Below are positions 1 to 9,627 of a stretch of DNA of 32,773 nt, piece after piece; within the stretch, counting starts at the first letter, position 1, and each line of letters begins with the position of its first letter. Location of the stretch: the NCBI GenBank assembly GCA_003693705.1, contig RBZT01000767.1, positions 1 through 32,773 on the forward strand. The letters are read 5' to 3'. This DNA is from Polymyxa betae A26-41 (Eukaryota; Protista; Endomyxa: Phytomyxea). The position numbers and the translations under genes are program-made. The notes below the pieces were generated by a model, which was given only the letters and a program-made list of their open reading frames with translations, did not search any database and had not been told where the DNA came from.

Positions 1-2
1 AA

Positions 3-1154
3 TTTGTTGTTTCAAATAACAGAGCAACGGAATTTTACTTAAATACATATGAGAGACCTCCAACTGCTTACAAATACCATGGCACATTAGAGGATATAGC
101 TCCCAACTATGTAAAGTACCTAAAAATGATTGGGGATGGAACTCCACAAGGATACAACTTTATCATCAATTACATTGCAAAATTAGTTCAAGTGGGGTTT
201 ACTGCTATTGCGATTGTTCTAATGGGCAAGATGGGGGTCGGAAAAAGTACATTTACAGACACCTTGAGTGAAATAGTTGAAAATAAATATTACAAACGAA
301 TTCCAGATGTACAACAACTGACAAATAATTTCAATGCTGATATGGAGAACAAAATTCTAACTGTGTTAGAAAAGGTTTCAACTGATGCTGGAACGTATCA
401 TAGAATGAATAATATTATCAAAACATTAACAACAGACAATTTAGCTGTTAGAATAGAGCGTAAGGGAGTTGATGCATATGAAATTTTTAGTGAAAATAAC
501 TTGGTATTCATTTCAAATGGTTTCAATCCAGTTACAATAACAGAGGATAATCGTAGAAATTATGTGGTTGAAGTTCCAGATACGTATATAAACAATACTG
601 AATTTCTTAGTAATGTGAGAAAGGAACTGGCTGAGGGTATCGAGCAAATCAGAGGATTTTTTTACAATTACAAGTTTCACCATAATTTAAATGAGATTAG
701 ACCAACAACAAAAGCAGAATTAGACGTATTAGAAATAAACCAGTCTCCACTAACACGGTTCATTAAGGAACACTTTCAAGTGTTGTGAAATGAAGATCAC
801 GGTTCTATAAAGAAAAATGGTATTTCTGTTCAATCGTTTATGAATCACTTTGATGATTTTTGTACCACTAAAAGAATTAGAAAATCAGTTGACGAACGAT
901 ACATCAAAGCAGAGTTAAAACGATTTGGTTGGAAAACAAGTTTTCCTTATAAAAATGGAAAAAGACAAATTGAACAGTTAAATGTTCCAGAAAAATTATT
1001 AACTACACCAAAGATTGAATTTATCCCTTTAACTGCTAAAGAATTCAATGACAAGGTAACCAAGACTGGGAAAAAAGAAAATTCTAATACAGACCCCATC
1101 AATTATGTTTCCGAAGAAGTACATGAGACAGATGAGGAAGTAATTGAAATTTAA
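3..1154 (+). pseudogene. D5-like/SF3 (primase-)helicase, C-terminal part, interrupted
   Basis: The frame is open from base 3. ORFs 126..788 and 840..1154 are in the same frame, separated by one TGA (786-788). Motifs: Walker A GKMGVGKST, degenerate Walker B ILTVLEK, IERKGVDAY, motif C FISN and arginine finger DNRRNY. Confidence 0.8.
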
Positions 1155-1177
1155 ACTTTAATGTTAATATTAGTAAT

Positions 1178-1344
1178 ATGGTTCGTTGGGTTGAAGACCA
1201 AACTGGATATTTTAAAGAATATATGAGACAATATACAGTGAAAAAATTCATTGTCTTTGTGGGAAAACTATTGTTAAAGGGGTATTACGAAAACTCGAAC
1301 GTACAAAAGTACATTTAAAATTCATTAATGGTTTAAAAGAATAG
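1178..1344 (+). pseudogene. Small virus-type C2H2-like zinc-finger protein, frameshifted
   Basis: MVRWVEDQTGYFKEYMRQY, then a frameshift near 1234 into SEKIHCLCGKTIVKGVLRKLERTKVHLKFINGLKE*. This fits a C-x-C-G...H..TK.H pattern with the first His replaced by Leu. Confidence 0.55.
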
Positions 1345-1362
1345 AGATAGTTGATATTAACA

Positions 1363-1935
1363 ATGACAATATCAACTACACTAAACGACTTATATGACAA
1401 TCCAGATGTGGTCATTGATGATTATGAAATTGGTATATGTATTAATACAGAGATATATATACCTTCTCTGGGTTCTTCTGTTTATGCAGAATATCAGTGT
1501 GTTTTCGATCAATATGTTATTGAGGACGAAATGGCTAAAAACGTATTTGATAAGTCTGAAAGAGTGGTGAAGTTTATTGATACTAATAAGAGTTTAATAC
1601 TCCAGAAACTATTTCAAGCAATCGATAATGATCAAATAGCATATTATAGCCATAAAAAGAGAATTGAAATTAAACCAAAGCAAGTTCCTAAACATCACAA
1701 ACATCACTTTTGGAAAGTGTGAATATGTTGTATTGAGACATCAGCATGGAAATTCTCGAAAAAAAGGTTTAGGGTTTTCTGATTGTTCAAAATGTGGTAT
1801 ATATTACCGGTCTTTGTTCATATATCAACCGAAAATAAGCAATGTGAGCAGTGCAGAAAAGCAGAGATTGTTGATGACTTGAATAAACCTTCACTTGATC
1901 AAGATTCTATTGGTATTATTGAGCATTTTATTTAA
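1363..1935 (+). pseudogene. Hypothetical viral protein with disrupted Cys-rich C-terminus
   Basis: ORF 1351..1722 is followed by CxxC-like motifs spread over different frames (KCE, CSKCG, CEQC). The original frame ends at TAA 1933-1935 after two TGAs. Confidence 0.45.
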
Positions 1936-1962
1936 CTATTCAATTTTCTTTAAAGAGTCAAA

Positions 1963-2136
1963 TCAGTACTTTATATTCTTGTCGTTACCTTCATTCTTCT
2001 TAAGAGGTCTTTCATAATAAGGAGGGTGGTCATAATGTCTTGAAAATGTCTTTTTACATAGGATCTTTCCATTGTCATCAGTATATATCCAAAGGATATA
2101 ATCAGCGTATTTAATTTCTTTAATATTCACCATCAT
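1963..2136 (-). CDS. Small hypothetical protein of the viral island (57 aa)
   Basis: ATG ATG GTG...TGA reads MMVNIKKIKYADYILWIYTDDNGKILCKKTFSRHYDHPPYYERPLKKNEGNDKNIKY. AT-rich codon usage like its neighbours. Confidence 0.4.
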   Translation of the reverse strand: MMVNIKEIKYADYILWIYTDDNGKILCKKTFSRHYDHPPYYERPLKKNEGNDKNIKY

Positions 2137-2187
2137 TAGTTACGTACCCTTATGGTACTTTTTCAGATGCGAGTCCCTCAAAGAAAT

Positions 2188-2470
2188 CTATTGATTTTGA
2201 AGCCGTGCTATCTCTTCGATACGATTATGGGCATCTAGATCTGCCCTATTCTCTGGGTTCTGGTAAGTAGTCTTTCTAAAAATCGATATAGCTCCCTTTA
2301 ACCCTAACTCACTTGTTATTTTACTAGTTTTCTTGTTCCATATGTTTAAATTCCCAACAAAGAGAGTATCTCGTTTCTTCTTTAATTTCGGAATCAATTT
2401 TCTTGTTATTTTGACTATTTCTTGAGACAACTGGATTACTATACTCTTCTTGTTATCAATGCTAAAACCT
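2188..2470 (-). pseudogene. 5'-truncated hypothetical protein of the viral island
   Basis: AT-rich, Lys-rich part of ORF 2188..2520. The 5' end runs into GC-richer host-like DNA with no ATG. Confidence 0.35.
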
Positions 2471-2530
2471 GTAGGCGAGAGAGGCCACTCAGAAAGAGAC
2501 GAGAGCGCAGCCCGACACACCGCCTAAAAG

Positions 2531-3553
2531 GGGAAACTTACTTCTGTCGGCATCTGTCGACTCACCCGACAGATGGCGCAGCCTGCTGTCTGTCGGTTCG
2601 CAATGGCTGCGAATTATCTTGCTATGATAGCCCTGTTTTGCACAAACCATTATACGTCATCAGTTTTCCGCTGGTGCATTTAACATACACTCTGTTGCTT
2701 GCCGTCGCGTTATTCCATATTAACTCAATGGACAGCTCAGTGATCCGCGTTCATCATTAAAATGAATTCTGCAATTTATGAAATCCAATCAGTGAACAAC
2801 TGCAACGACAACTACAGTCGTGCGACAACAAATACGCCAGTAGTTCAAGTGCATTGTGCTTCATTCAAAAGGTGAATTCTGACATGGAGAAAGCGTGCGG
2901 GGCTCATACATCCAAACATTTCACTGGGAGATGAGCTAATTTTGACACGAACGGTTTTTTACGTCTTGTGATCTCATAGGAACGTTTACTTATTATTAGG
3001 GTCTTGTTACGCTATATTACCATTGGATGTCCCACAAGAGATTTTCGGACAGATCCAGCTGAGTAACGTTAATAACAGCGGCGAAACATAATTGCTGCGT
3101 TTCAAAAAATTGTTAGCTGACATGGACTGACAGGTTTCGCTTCTACCAAAAATGGATGGCGTCTCTGTAACTATCTCTCTATTCTTTAGAGTGTCAAAGA
3201 GTGCAGCTTGTTCGTTCTGGTGCCGTACCCAATGACGAACCAGATGATAGATATTTGTCAACGCTTGAAAGGATCGACCGCGACTCAGCAGAAATCGTAT
3301 TATGCGGGAACATGGCGTTGAGGCAGCAGATCATCGTAGAAGATCACGATGCCCGTTCTTTCAATAAAGTCATATTGAAGTCTAAGAAGCATAGTGTGCG
3401 AACGTCTACCAGACAGACAGATATGAGAGGGAGGGAGAGGGAGAGAAAAGGAGAGAGAGACAGATGGTGCCGCAGCGCATTTCTGTTGACAGACAGCAGG
3501 CGGCTGCGCATCTGTCGACAGATGCGCAGCCCGCTCATCAGAACTAGTTTCCC
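2531..3553. mobile_element. Non-autonomous Mutator-like (MULE) DNA transposon
   Basis: Starts GGGAAACT and ends AGTTTCCC. Imperfect TIRs of about 80 bp (2531-2611 and 3471-3553). Exact 9-bp direct repeat GCCTAAAAG on both sides (2522-2530, 3554-3562). No transposase ORF. Confidence 0.88.
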
Positions 3554-3630
3554 GCCTAAAAGCCCGTACGACAGGAAAACGCCGTGTAGTGATTCGACAT
3601 CATCATATCGTGATTAATTTGATCTCGTCA

Positions 3631-4578
3631 ATGACGAGTGGCGAGAGCTCCTGCAGTAAACGCAGACGCCTCGCTCTCTTTGACACAGCTAAGACACTTC
3701 AAGCTCTGTTTAATCACGAATCCAGCAGTGATTTAACACTGCAGGTGAATGACACGAAATTCTACTGTCATCGGATCGTACTGGACCCGCTATGTGACTA
3801 TCTGAAACGTTTCGTGGAATTACCTCTGGTGAAATCTGAGAACGATGGTGCTCTTCTTTCGGATTCTGTGATCAAAGTCGATCTTCCGGACGTTGAGATC
3901 CCAGAAAGTTTTAAGAAAAATGAGAATGACTGCAGTATTGCTGCCTACTTTGAAAAATTTCTCCATTTCGTGTACAGCCTGCGCGAACTTAATCCCGACA
4001 ATCAATCTGAGTTGTTTATCATGGCTCAGATCGCCGATTTTCTCGTTTGCGCGTCAGTGTTGAAATTCTGTGATGATATTCTCAGCACAATCAGTTACAA
4101 AAAAGATAATGTTCTGGATGTCGCTTTATTCTGCCAAAAATATTCTCTACCGAACACATTTCAAGTTGTGAAGAAGTTCATTGCAGACAATATTTTTGAC
4201 CTTCATGTGGATCCGAAACTTTACGAGATTCAGCAGGAACATTTTTTTCAAATCATGAAACTACCAATTAAAAATAGATATCGGCAGTTTATTGCAGTGT
4301 TTTGTTATGGCACTGGTCAAGTTCCCGTCCAAAATGCTGGTTATCGATCTCTCTATTCTGCTACGCATGCTGTAAAAGTTGATGACAAAAGAAAAGTTTT
4401 TCAGGATGTGGCGTCTGAATGCAGTAAAGAATGGGGTCGTCGGCATTTATATTTGATAGGGTTAAATTTAAGAGCAGTAGACAAACATCAACTTTTTGGC
4501 GGCTCATCAGAAGACCGTGCTTTTCTTTCCGAGATCCTAAACGATTGGCTTCCTATTGATATGAGAGCAACAAGCTGA
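3631..4578 (+). CDS. BTB/POZ (BTB-BACK-like) domain protein, intronless
   Basis: LFNHESSSDLTLQVNDTKFYCHRIVL...CDYLKR and FEKFLHFVYS are BTB signatures, followed by BACK-like helices (NVLDVALFCQKYSL...KFIADN). First ATG at 3631. Confidence 0.88.
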   Translation: MTSGESSCSKRRRLALFDTAKTLQALFNHESSSDLTLQVNDTKFYCHRIVLDPLCDYLKRFVELPLVKSENDGALLSDSVIKVDLPDVEIPESFKKNENDCSIAAYFEKFLHFVYSLRELNPDNQSELFIMAQIADFLVCASVLKFCDDILSTISYKKDNVLDVALFCQKYSLPNTFQVVKKFIADNIFDLHVDPKLYEIQQEHFFQIMKLPIKNRYRQFIAVFCYGTGQVPVQNAGYRSLYSATHAVKVDDKRKVFQDVASECSKEWGRRHLYLIGLNLRAVDKHQLFGGSSEDRAFLSEILNDWLPIDMRATS

Positions 4579-5368
4579 CGATATAGATGCTGCCTATCAT
4601 TAAGCACAGAATCAGACAGCTGTAACTTCAGCAATAAAACCTACTGACGAAAAAGTCGCTCGAACATGCTAAGCCTGAAGCCAAATAACACCAATAGAAC
4701 TTCCAATTGCCAAAAACATGTGATAAAAGCTCTAGGCATGTCTGCAATATAATGTTTTCTCGATATTGTCAGGTGTCAACTATTCCAGCCCGAAACTACA
4801 AACAGAGGATCTCGATACGATGAATCACAGTGAGTCTGTGGGAAAACACCTGAAAAGCATCTCGTGCGAAAACTGCAGCTGAACTTGTTCGAAACTTCAT
4901 TAGAGGGAAGGCCGCGCCTGTGAAATCACAGTTGAAAAGTTTTCCAGCCGCTACCAGGTGCTACTCTGCACTATCTCGCTTAATGCTGTCTATAAAATAC
5001 ATCAGTACTCTTATTCGAATAAGGTCGCAACTTTTCAAATGTCGTGTTGGGTTTCTCCAATCCTGATGGAAGATCGATCGTGAGTTATTAACACAGGACT
5101 ATGACAGTCCATCCCGACTCTATCTATGATCCAAATATCTTGGAGCGGAATTCACAGAACATTTTCTTATGATAGTGATAGTACGGGGTCCAATCCTACA
5201 TATTTGTAGATACAGTCTGAACAGTCAACATCAGAAGATATTTTCTGATGTAGAAAGTATCGGCAGAAAATCCGGAAAGATCTTCTTATCGATCGGCCAC
5301 GTATACGATAAGGGAGCTAAATCTGGGTGATTACAATCTATCCACTTCAATATTTAACTGACTTCCTC

Positions 5369-6980
5369 ATGTGGTTTAGAGTCACTTCAATCTCTATATT
5401 CGTGCTGCTTGTAAACCTCCTACTCCGTAGCCATGCAGCGATCATTATCCCAATGAACACGACCGAGATTATCATTCCAGCATTGGCCGGTAATATGTAT
5501 CTTGGTATCACAACCGTTAATTTCGATCTGGATGCCACAAACGTCACTGTTACTGGCACCATCTATCGAACAGATGCCGACCCGTGTGATCGCAACATGA
5601 TATTGCCTCCGGATCTGTCCGGTCGGGTCGTACTGTTCACCCATGCTATGAACTGCGCATACTTCGTGGTCTATGATAGGTTTGCTGATAGAAATGCTAC
5701 AGCTATCATACGTGAGCCACCCCATACTTTTCCACATCTTTTCAACGATTTTTGAGTGTTTGAAGTTTTTTTTTTTTATTTTAATTTTAATTATATTTTA
5801 TTTCATGGCTCAACCTTGATGTTAAATGGTTCGATTAGGAAAAGTGCCGACTGCCTCGAACGTATTTTATGTTTTTCGCAGCGTTTATGATCATCGTGAG
5901 GGGCGTAACCAGAACGTGGTATTGGTAGAAGGCGCACTGACCTCCGCTCAAGACCTTCTCCTGCAAGATGGACTCATGGTCCGGGTCAAACCGGAGTTCC
6001 CGGAACTTCCCAAATCTTTATTGTTGATTTCTTTCCTTAAAATCGGGATCCCTGGTTTCATCTATGCTGTTGCTGCAGCAATTTGTTTCCGTTATATCTA
6101 TATGCATACTGTATTGATACTGGCAACATCACCATCATTCATGAAGAGGATGAAATCGCTGTCCCTGGTTCATGTCGCCTTGTTGATCGGGGCTCTGAAG
6201 AACGCGATCATGGCCATCTACTTTGTATGGACTGCATCGTCGCAGGATGGGCTGCCATACGAGATTGTGATGGCGTTAGGAACGCAGCTCTCCGGATTCG
6301 AGAATTCCATCTCGATTATCACAGCTCGGTTCTGGCATCAGGTTATCTCGAATGCGGATCAGTCGACGAAATCGTGCGCATTCGGCGCTGTTTCTGCCAG
6401 CATATTCGTGATCCTCACCATCGTACTGGATTTTATCTGCAGCTATCTGAACGCAACTTATCATCAGAATTTGGGCCGTGTTCCTGTCATACAATTAGCA
6501 GCAGGTGTGATCTCTGGTATCACATTCATAGTGGCCATCTATTTCACTATCAGCGTCGTACGGCTACAGCTGAAAATGAATCGCGGCGCCTCCATTGCTG
6601 GAACCGCCAACAATCCGTCCAAAGAGCGCTTTATCCGACACCTGCGTCGTATGGTCATACTGTCCTCGCTCGCTGTGTATTTATTCATAGCGAATGGATT
6701 ATGGTATACGACAAGTCTGGTGAACAGTAAGAACCCGATCGGACTATCGATTTTCTTCTCTCTTCTCAACTATTCGATGTCGCTGAAATCGTTATTCTCG
6801 ATTCTGATATTGAGACCACGTCGAGCTAAGGGTGGTATGGCCGGAAAGAATTTGCATTATTCTACTAAGGGACAAAATACCAAATCTACGGGAAGTCGTG
6901 ACCAGCGTCCTTTAAAATCAGGTCGTGTATCAGGATCTCATAATAATTTACTGACACGGACTCCCTCAAATGCTACATAA
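5369..6980 (+). CDS. Signal peptide + PA-like domain + ~6-7 TM membrane protein (GPCR-like); exons 5369-5711, 5839-6980
   Basis: Hydrophobic N-terminus and a PA-domain-like stretch (DPC...DLSGRVVLF...C.Y...NATAII). A phase-1 GTGAG...TAG intron (5712-5838) joins the two ORFs in frame. Multiple hydrophobic segments and a Ser/Lys-rich tail. Confidence 0.75.
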
Positions 6981-7963
6981 ACCATGTCTGGTTTCATTCA
7001 CAATGGTCAGATAACTGAACTGGAGATTTTAATTCTTTTATTCAAAAAAATTCCATGACAATAAATCTCATTTCAAGCTGTTGGAGTTAAAGGCGTCATA
7101 GTGACGGACCTGCAGCTGCAGATCATCGAATGACAAGGTTCGACTCACTCTGTTATTGGTCCAGCCTTGAGCGCTTTCCACTCGTAGCTTCTATCAAGTT
7201 ATGGGACCGGCAAGCAGCCCTCACTGGGATCTTCTGCTTGTCTAATCAAGTTTTTTGGAGGTTTGCTCTACAAACCCTAACCCTGTGTGCAACTATAGAG
7301 TTGCGAGCGGCCTCCCTTGCACAACTAGTCAACTACCGTAGTTGGGAGCGGCCTCTCTTACAAGAGAGTAGCAGGGTCGAAGCGAGCTATACTTAATGAC
7401 GGCCGATTATCTCGGCTACCAACCGACAGAGCGGAGGGCGTCTTGGACGGCAAATCTGGATTTCTATCGCCCCTTGTAGAAGGACCTAAGAGAGGTTCGA
7501 AGAGGTAAGGTAAGGCACCTGCAAAATCCTACAGGGACTCGAACCCTAAACCCTAAATCATCTATTAAAAACCTACTGGCTGTTGCCCAGCTTTCTATCA
7601 TAGTTCGTTCTATCGAGGATCCGTTGTCACATGCGCAGGAGAGGAACTCGCCCATAAATTCATTCTGGTATAAACTGCTGCATTAATTTACTAATTTCCA
7701 TCTTCCATTTTGGTATCTTGCCTGCGCTTTCGAGCTTTCTGGATAGCTTTGCCTGCATTCCTTGCAAACGGACAGCTTTCTTCAATTTGGGTGTCCAGAA
7801 TTTATTTGGTTTACGCTGTATCTTTTTTATATGCTACAGAATATTTCATAATTTCGTTTACTTGGCTTAGAGTAAGCCTTTCGCTCTCTTATGACATACT
7901 TTTGTATTTTTGAGAAAGGAAGAACTTTAGAACAATTCGAGGCTTTCCATAGCAATATTGACA

Positions 7964-9152
7964 ACACACTAGTTCTGTTCCATGTTTATCACGCTTGCGG
8001 AAGCCTTCAGGCTGCTGGAGATAGATCTCCTCCGAGAGTTCGCCATACAAATAGGCAGTGTCGATATCCATCTGAACAATTTCAAGGTCGTGATGTGCAG
8101 CGATTGTCAGCATCAGGCGCAACGATGTCATCGAGATCACCGGGGAGTACGTCTGTTGGTAGTCAACCCCTTTCTTCTGTGTGAAGCCTCTCGCAACGAA
8201 GCGGGCCTTCTTTCGAATGGCTTCGCCATCAGCTCCGGTCTTCACTTTGAAAATCCACTTACCTTGGATTACTTTTCGCCCCGGTCGCAATTTGACGAGG
8301 TCCCAGGTTCCGTTCTTCACTAGAGATTGATACTCACTTTGCATAGCTGTTCGCCAGCCATCATCTTCGAGTGCTTCAGTGATGCTTGCAGGTTCGTCTG
8401 TCACTTGATAGGCGCGAACTCGCTTCATACGCCTCCGTGCCTCTTCGTCTTCTTGGTGAAACGTGAAGCGATCTGGCTCAGCAAGCAAACGCTTCGTTCT
8501 TCGTTCCGTATTCATCACAACATCGGGCACATCACCAATTTCTACCAGTGAGGTGTCAGCGTTCAATTCTTCAAATGTCGGCGCCTCGATGTCCATGGTT
8601 TCATTGTCATTAGTCAGGGTGTCAAGAGTTTCATCCATATTCGGCCCGACCTTCATGTCCTGCTCGTCGTCGTCTACGACCGGGACTGGTACGGCAGAGG
8701 GCGCGGCCTCCGATTGCTTTATCTCATCGGTCGCGATAGCAGTGTCATCAGCGATATCATTGTTGTCAGTGATGATGATCGTGTCCCGGGCAGTATCAAT
8801 CGGTTGGAGCGCATGAGTGTCAACGATTGGAGTTGCTGTTATTGCCACTGAATTGGGGAAGGTTAGTGGTGTCGTGTCTAACGGTGCAATCTTAGCTTCC
8901 GGGTCAGTTTTCAGCGGGAACGAAGTTTCATCGAAAGTGGCTCCATGCGTCAGGAAGATCCGCCTCGACTTGAGCTCCATCACGATATGACCCTTCTGCC
9001 CAGCAGGATAACCGAGAAATACACACGGTACTGAGACATCGTCGAGCTTCTTACGCTTCTGCTTTGGGATAGTAGCGTATGCTTTGCATCCAATTATGTG
9101 GAAGTAGTCGACGTTGGGTGTCCGCCCGGTCCATATCTCTTTGAGTGTCGGC
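7964..9152 (-). mobile_element. Ty1/Copia pol fragment (integrase C-terminus/SH3-like region, linker, RT N-terminal part)
   Basis: EIWTGRTPNVDYFHIIGCKAY...KKLD...CVFLGY; EPASITEAL..W..AMQSEYQSLVKNGTWDLV; KWIFKVK; KARFVARGFTQKKGVDY; QMDIDTAYLYG. Homology stops abruptly at LVC, before the YVDD motif. Confidence 0.93.
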
Positions 9153-9511
9153 GGGGTTTTATTTTGAGTGTATTTGTCAATTAATATTCTGCTTCAATTC
9201 AAAATTCACCCCGATTTATAAAAAAAAATCTTAATCCGTGCGATTTCGCCGATTTTACGTGGCACGAGAGCTTTACGTGGCACGAGGTCATTTTTGTATG
9301 GGAAAATGGCATTTTTCGCCGATTTTCGGAAATCTTACCTGGCAGGAAGGGGGTTTTACGTGGCATTTTGGGGGTCTTACGTGGCACGCTTGCCTGGCAG
9401 GAAAATATAAGGATTATTATGAATAAATTTCGGATTGATTGCGGATTAATGCGCGTGAATGATGTGTCATTTTCAAAAAATATTTCAAAAATAACTCAAA
9501 AATGACGCCCC
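9153..9511. mobile_element. MITE-like element with internal TTACGTGGCA repeats
   Basis: Imperfect TIRs: GGGGTTTTATTTTGAGTGTATTTG versus the reverse complement of the right end, GGGGCGTCATTTTTGAGTTATTTTTG. Four TTACGTGGCA copies plus two variants inside. No TSD found. Confidence 0.55.
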
Positions 9512-9513
9512 AG

Positions 9514-9627
9514 AGTTGAATACCATAATGATATTTTTGAAACTTTTTTCAATAATATCACGTTATAAGACCCTATAACGTGATATTTTTGGAATTTTTT
9601 TCAATAATATCATTATGGTATTCAACT
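9514..9627. repeat. 114-bp foldback (near-perfect palindrome)
   Basis: Outer arms AGTTGAATACCATAATGATATT / AATATCATTATGGTATTCAACT and inner arms AATATCACGTTATA / TATAACGTGATATT around a 6-nt loop. Confidence 0.9.

Larger units (their letters stand above)
1..2470. mobile_element. Decayed endogenous viral element (Polinton-like/virophage/NCLDV-type), partial
   Basis: Visibly more AT-rich than the flanking DNA. Intronless, tightly packed convergent ORFs, including an SF3 helicase and virus-type zinc fingers. Carries in-frame stops and frameshifts. The right boundary is approximate (composition shift near 2470). Confidence 0.7.

Noticed and set aside
3-2188. Viral island using genetic code 4 (TGA=Trp), e.g. 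a mitochondrial plasmid
   Set aside because: TGG codons outnumber the in-frame TGAs. The island also has a clear frameshift (near 1234), a lost zinc ligand and a damaged Walker B, so decay explains the stops better.
3471-3553. Hammerhead ribozyme (CTGATGAG plus a stem on the minus strand)
   Set aside because: No GAAA follows the stem, and the sequence is explained as the MULE TIR.
5228-5251. Hairpin ACATCAGAA...TTCTGATGT
   Set aside because: Isolated 9-bp stem with no supporting context.
6083-6730. 215-aa alternative-frame ORF, and similar antisense or shadow ORFs over Copia, Rab2, AlkB, RPAP3, HAS1 and the PPxY genes
   Set aside because: They overlap well-supported coding frames and carry no recognisable motifs.
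7520-7622. Functional tRNA gene
   Set aside because: Only the T-arm is canonical; the D-arm, anticodon loop and spacing do not fit.
9240-9400. CRISPR-like array
   Set aside because: Repeats are about 10 bp and irregularly spaced, the context is eukaryotic, and there are no cas genes.
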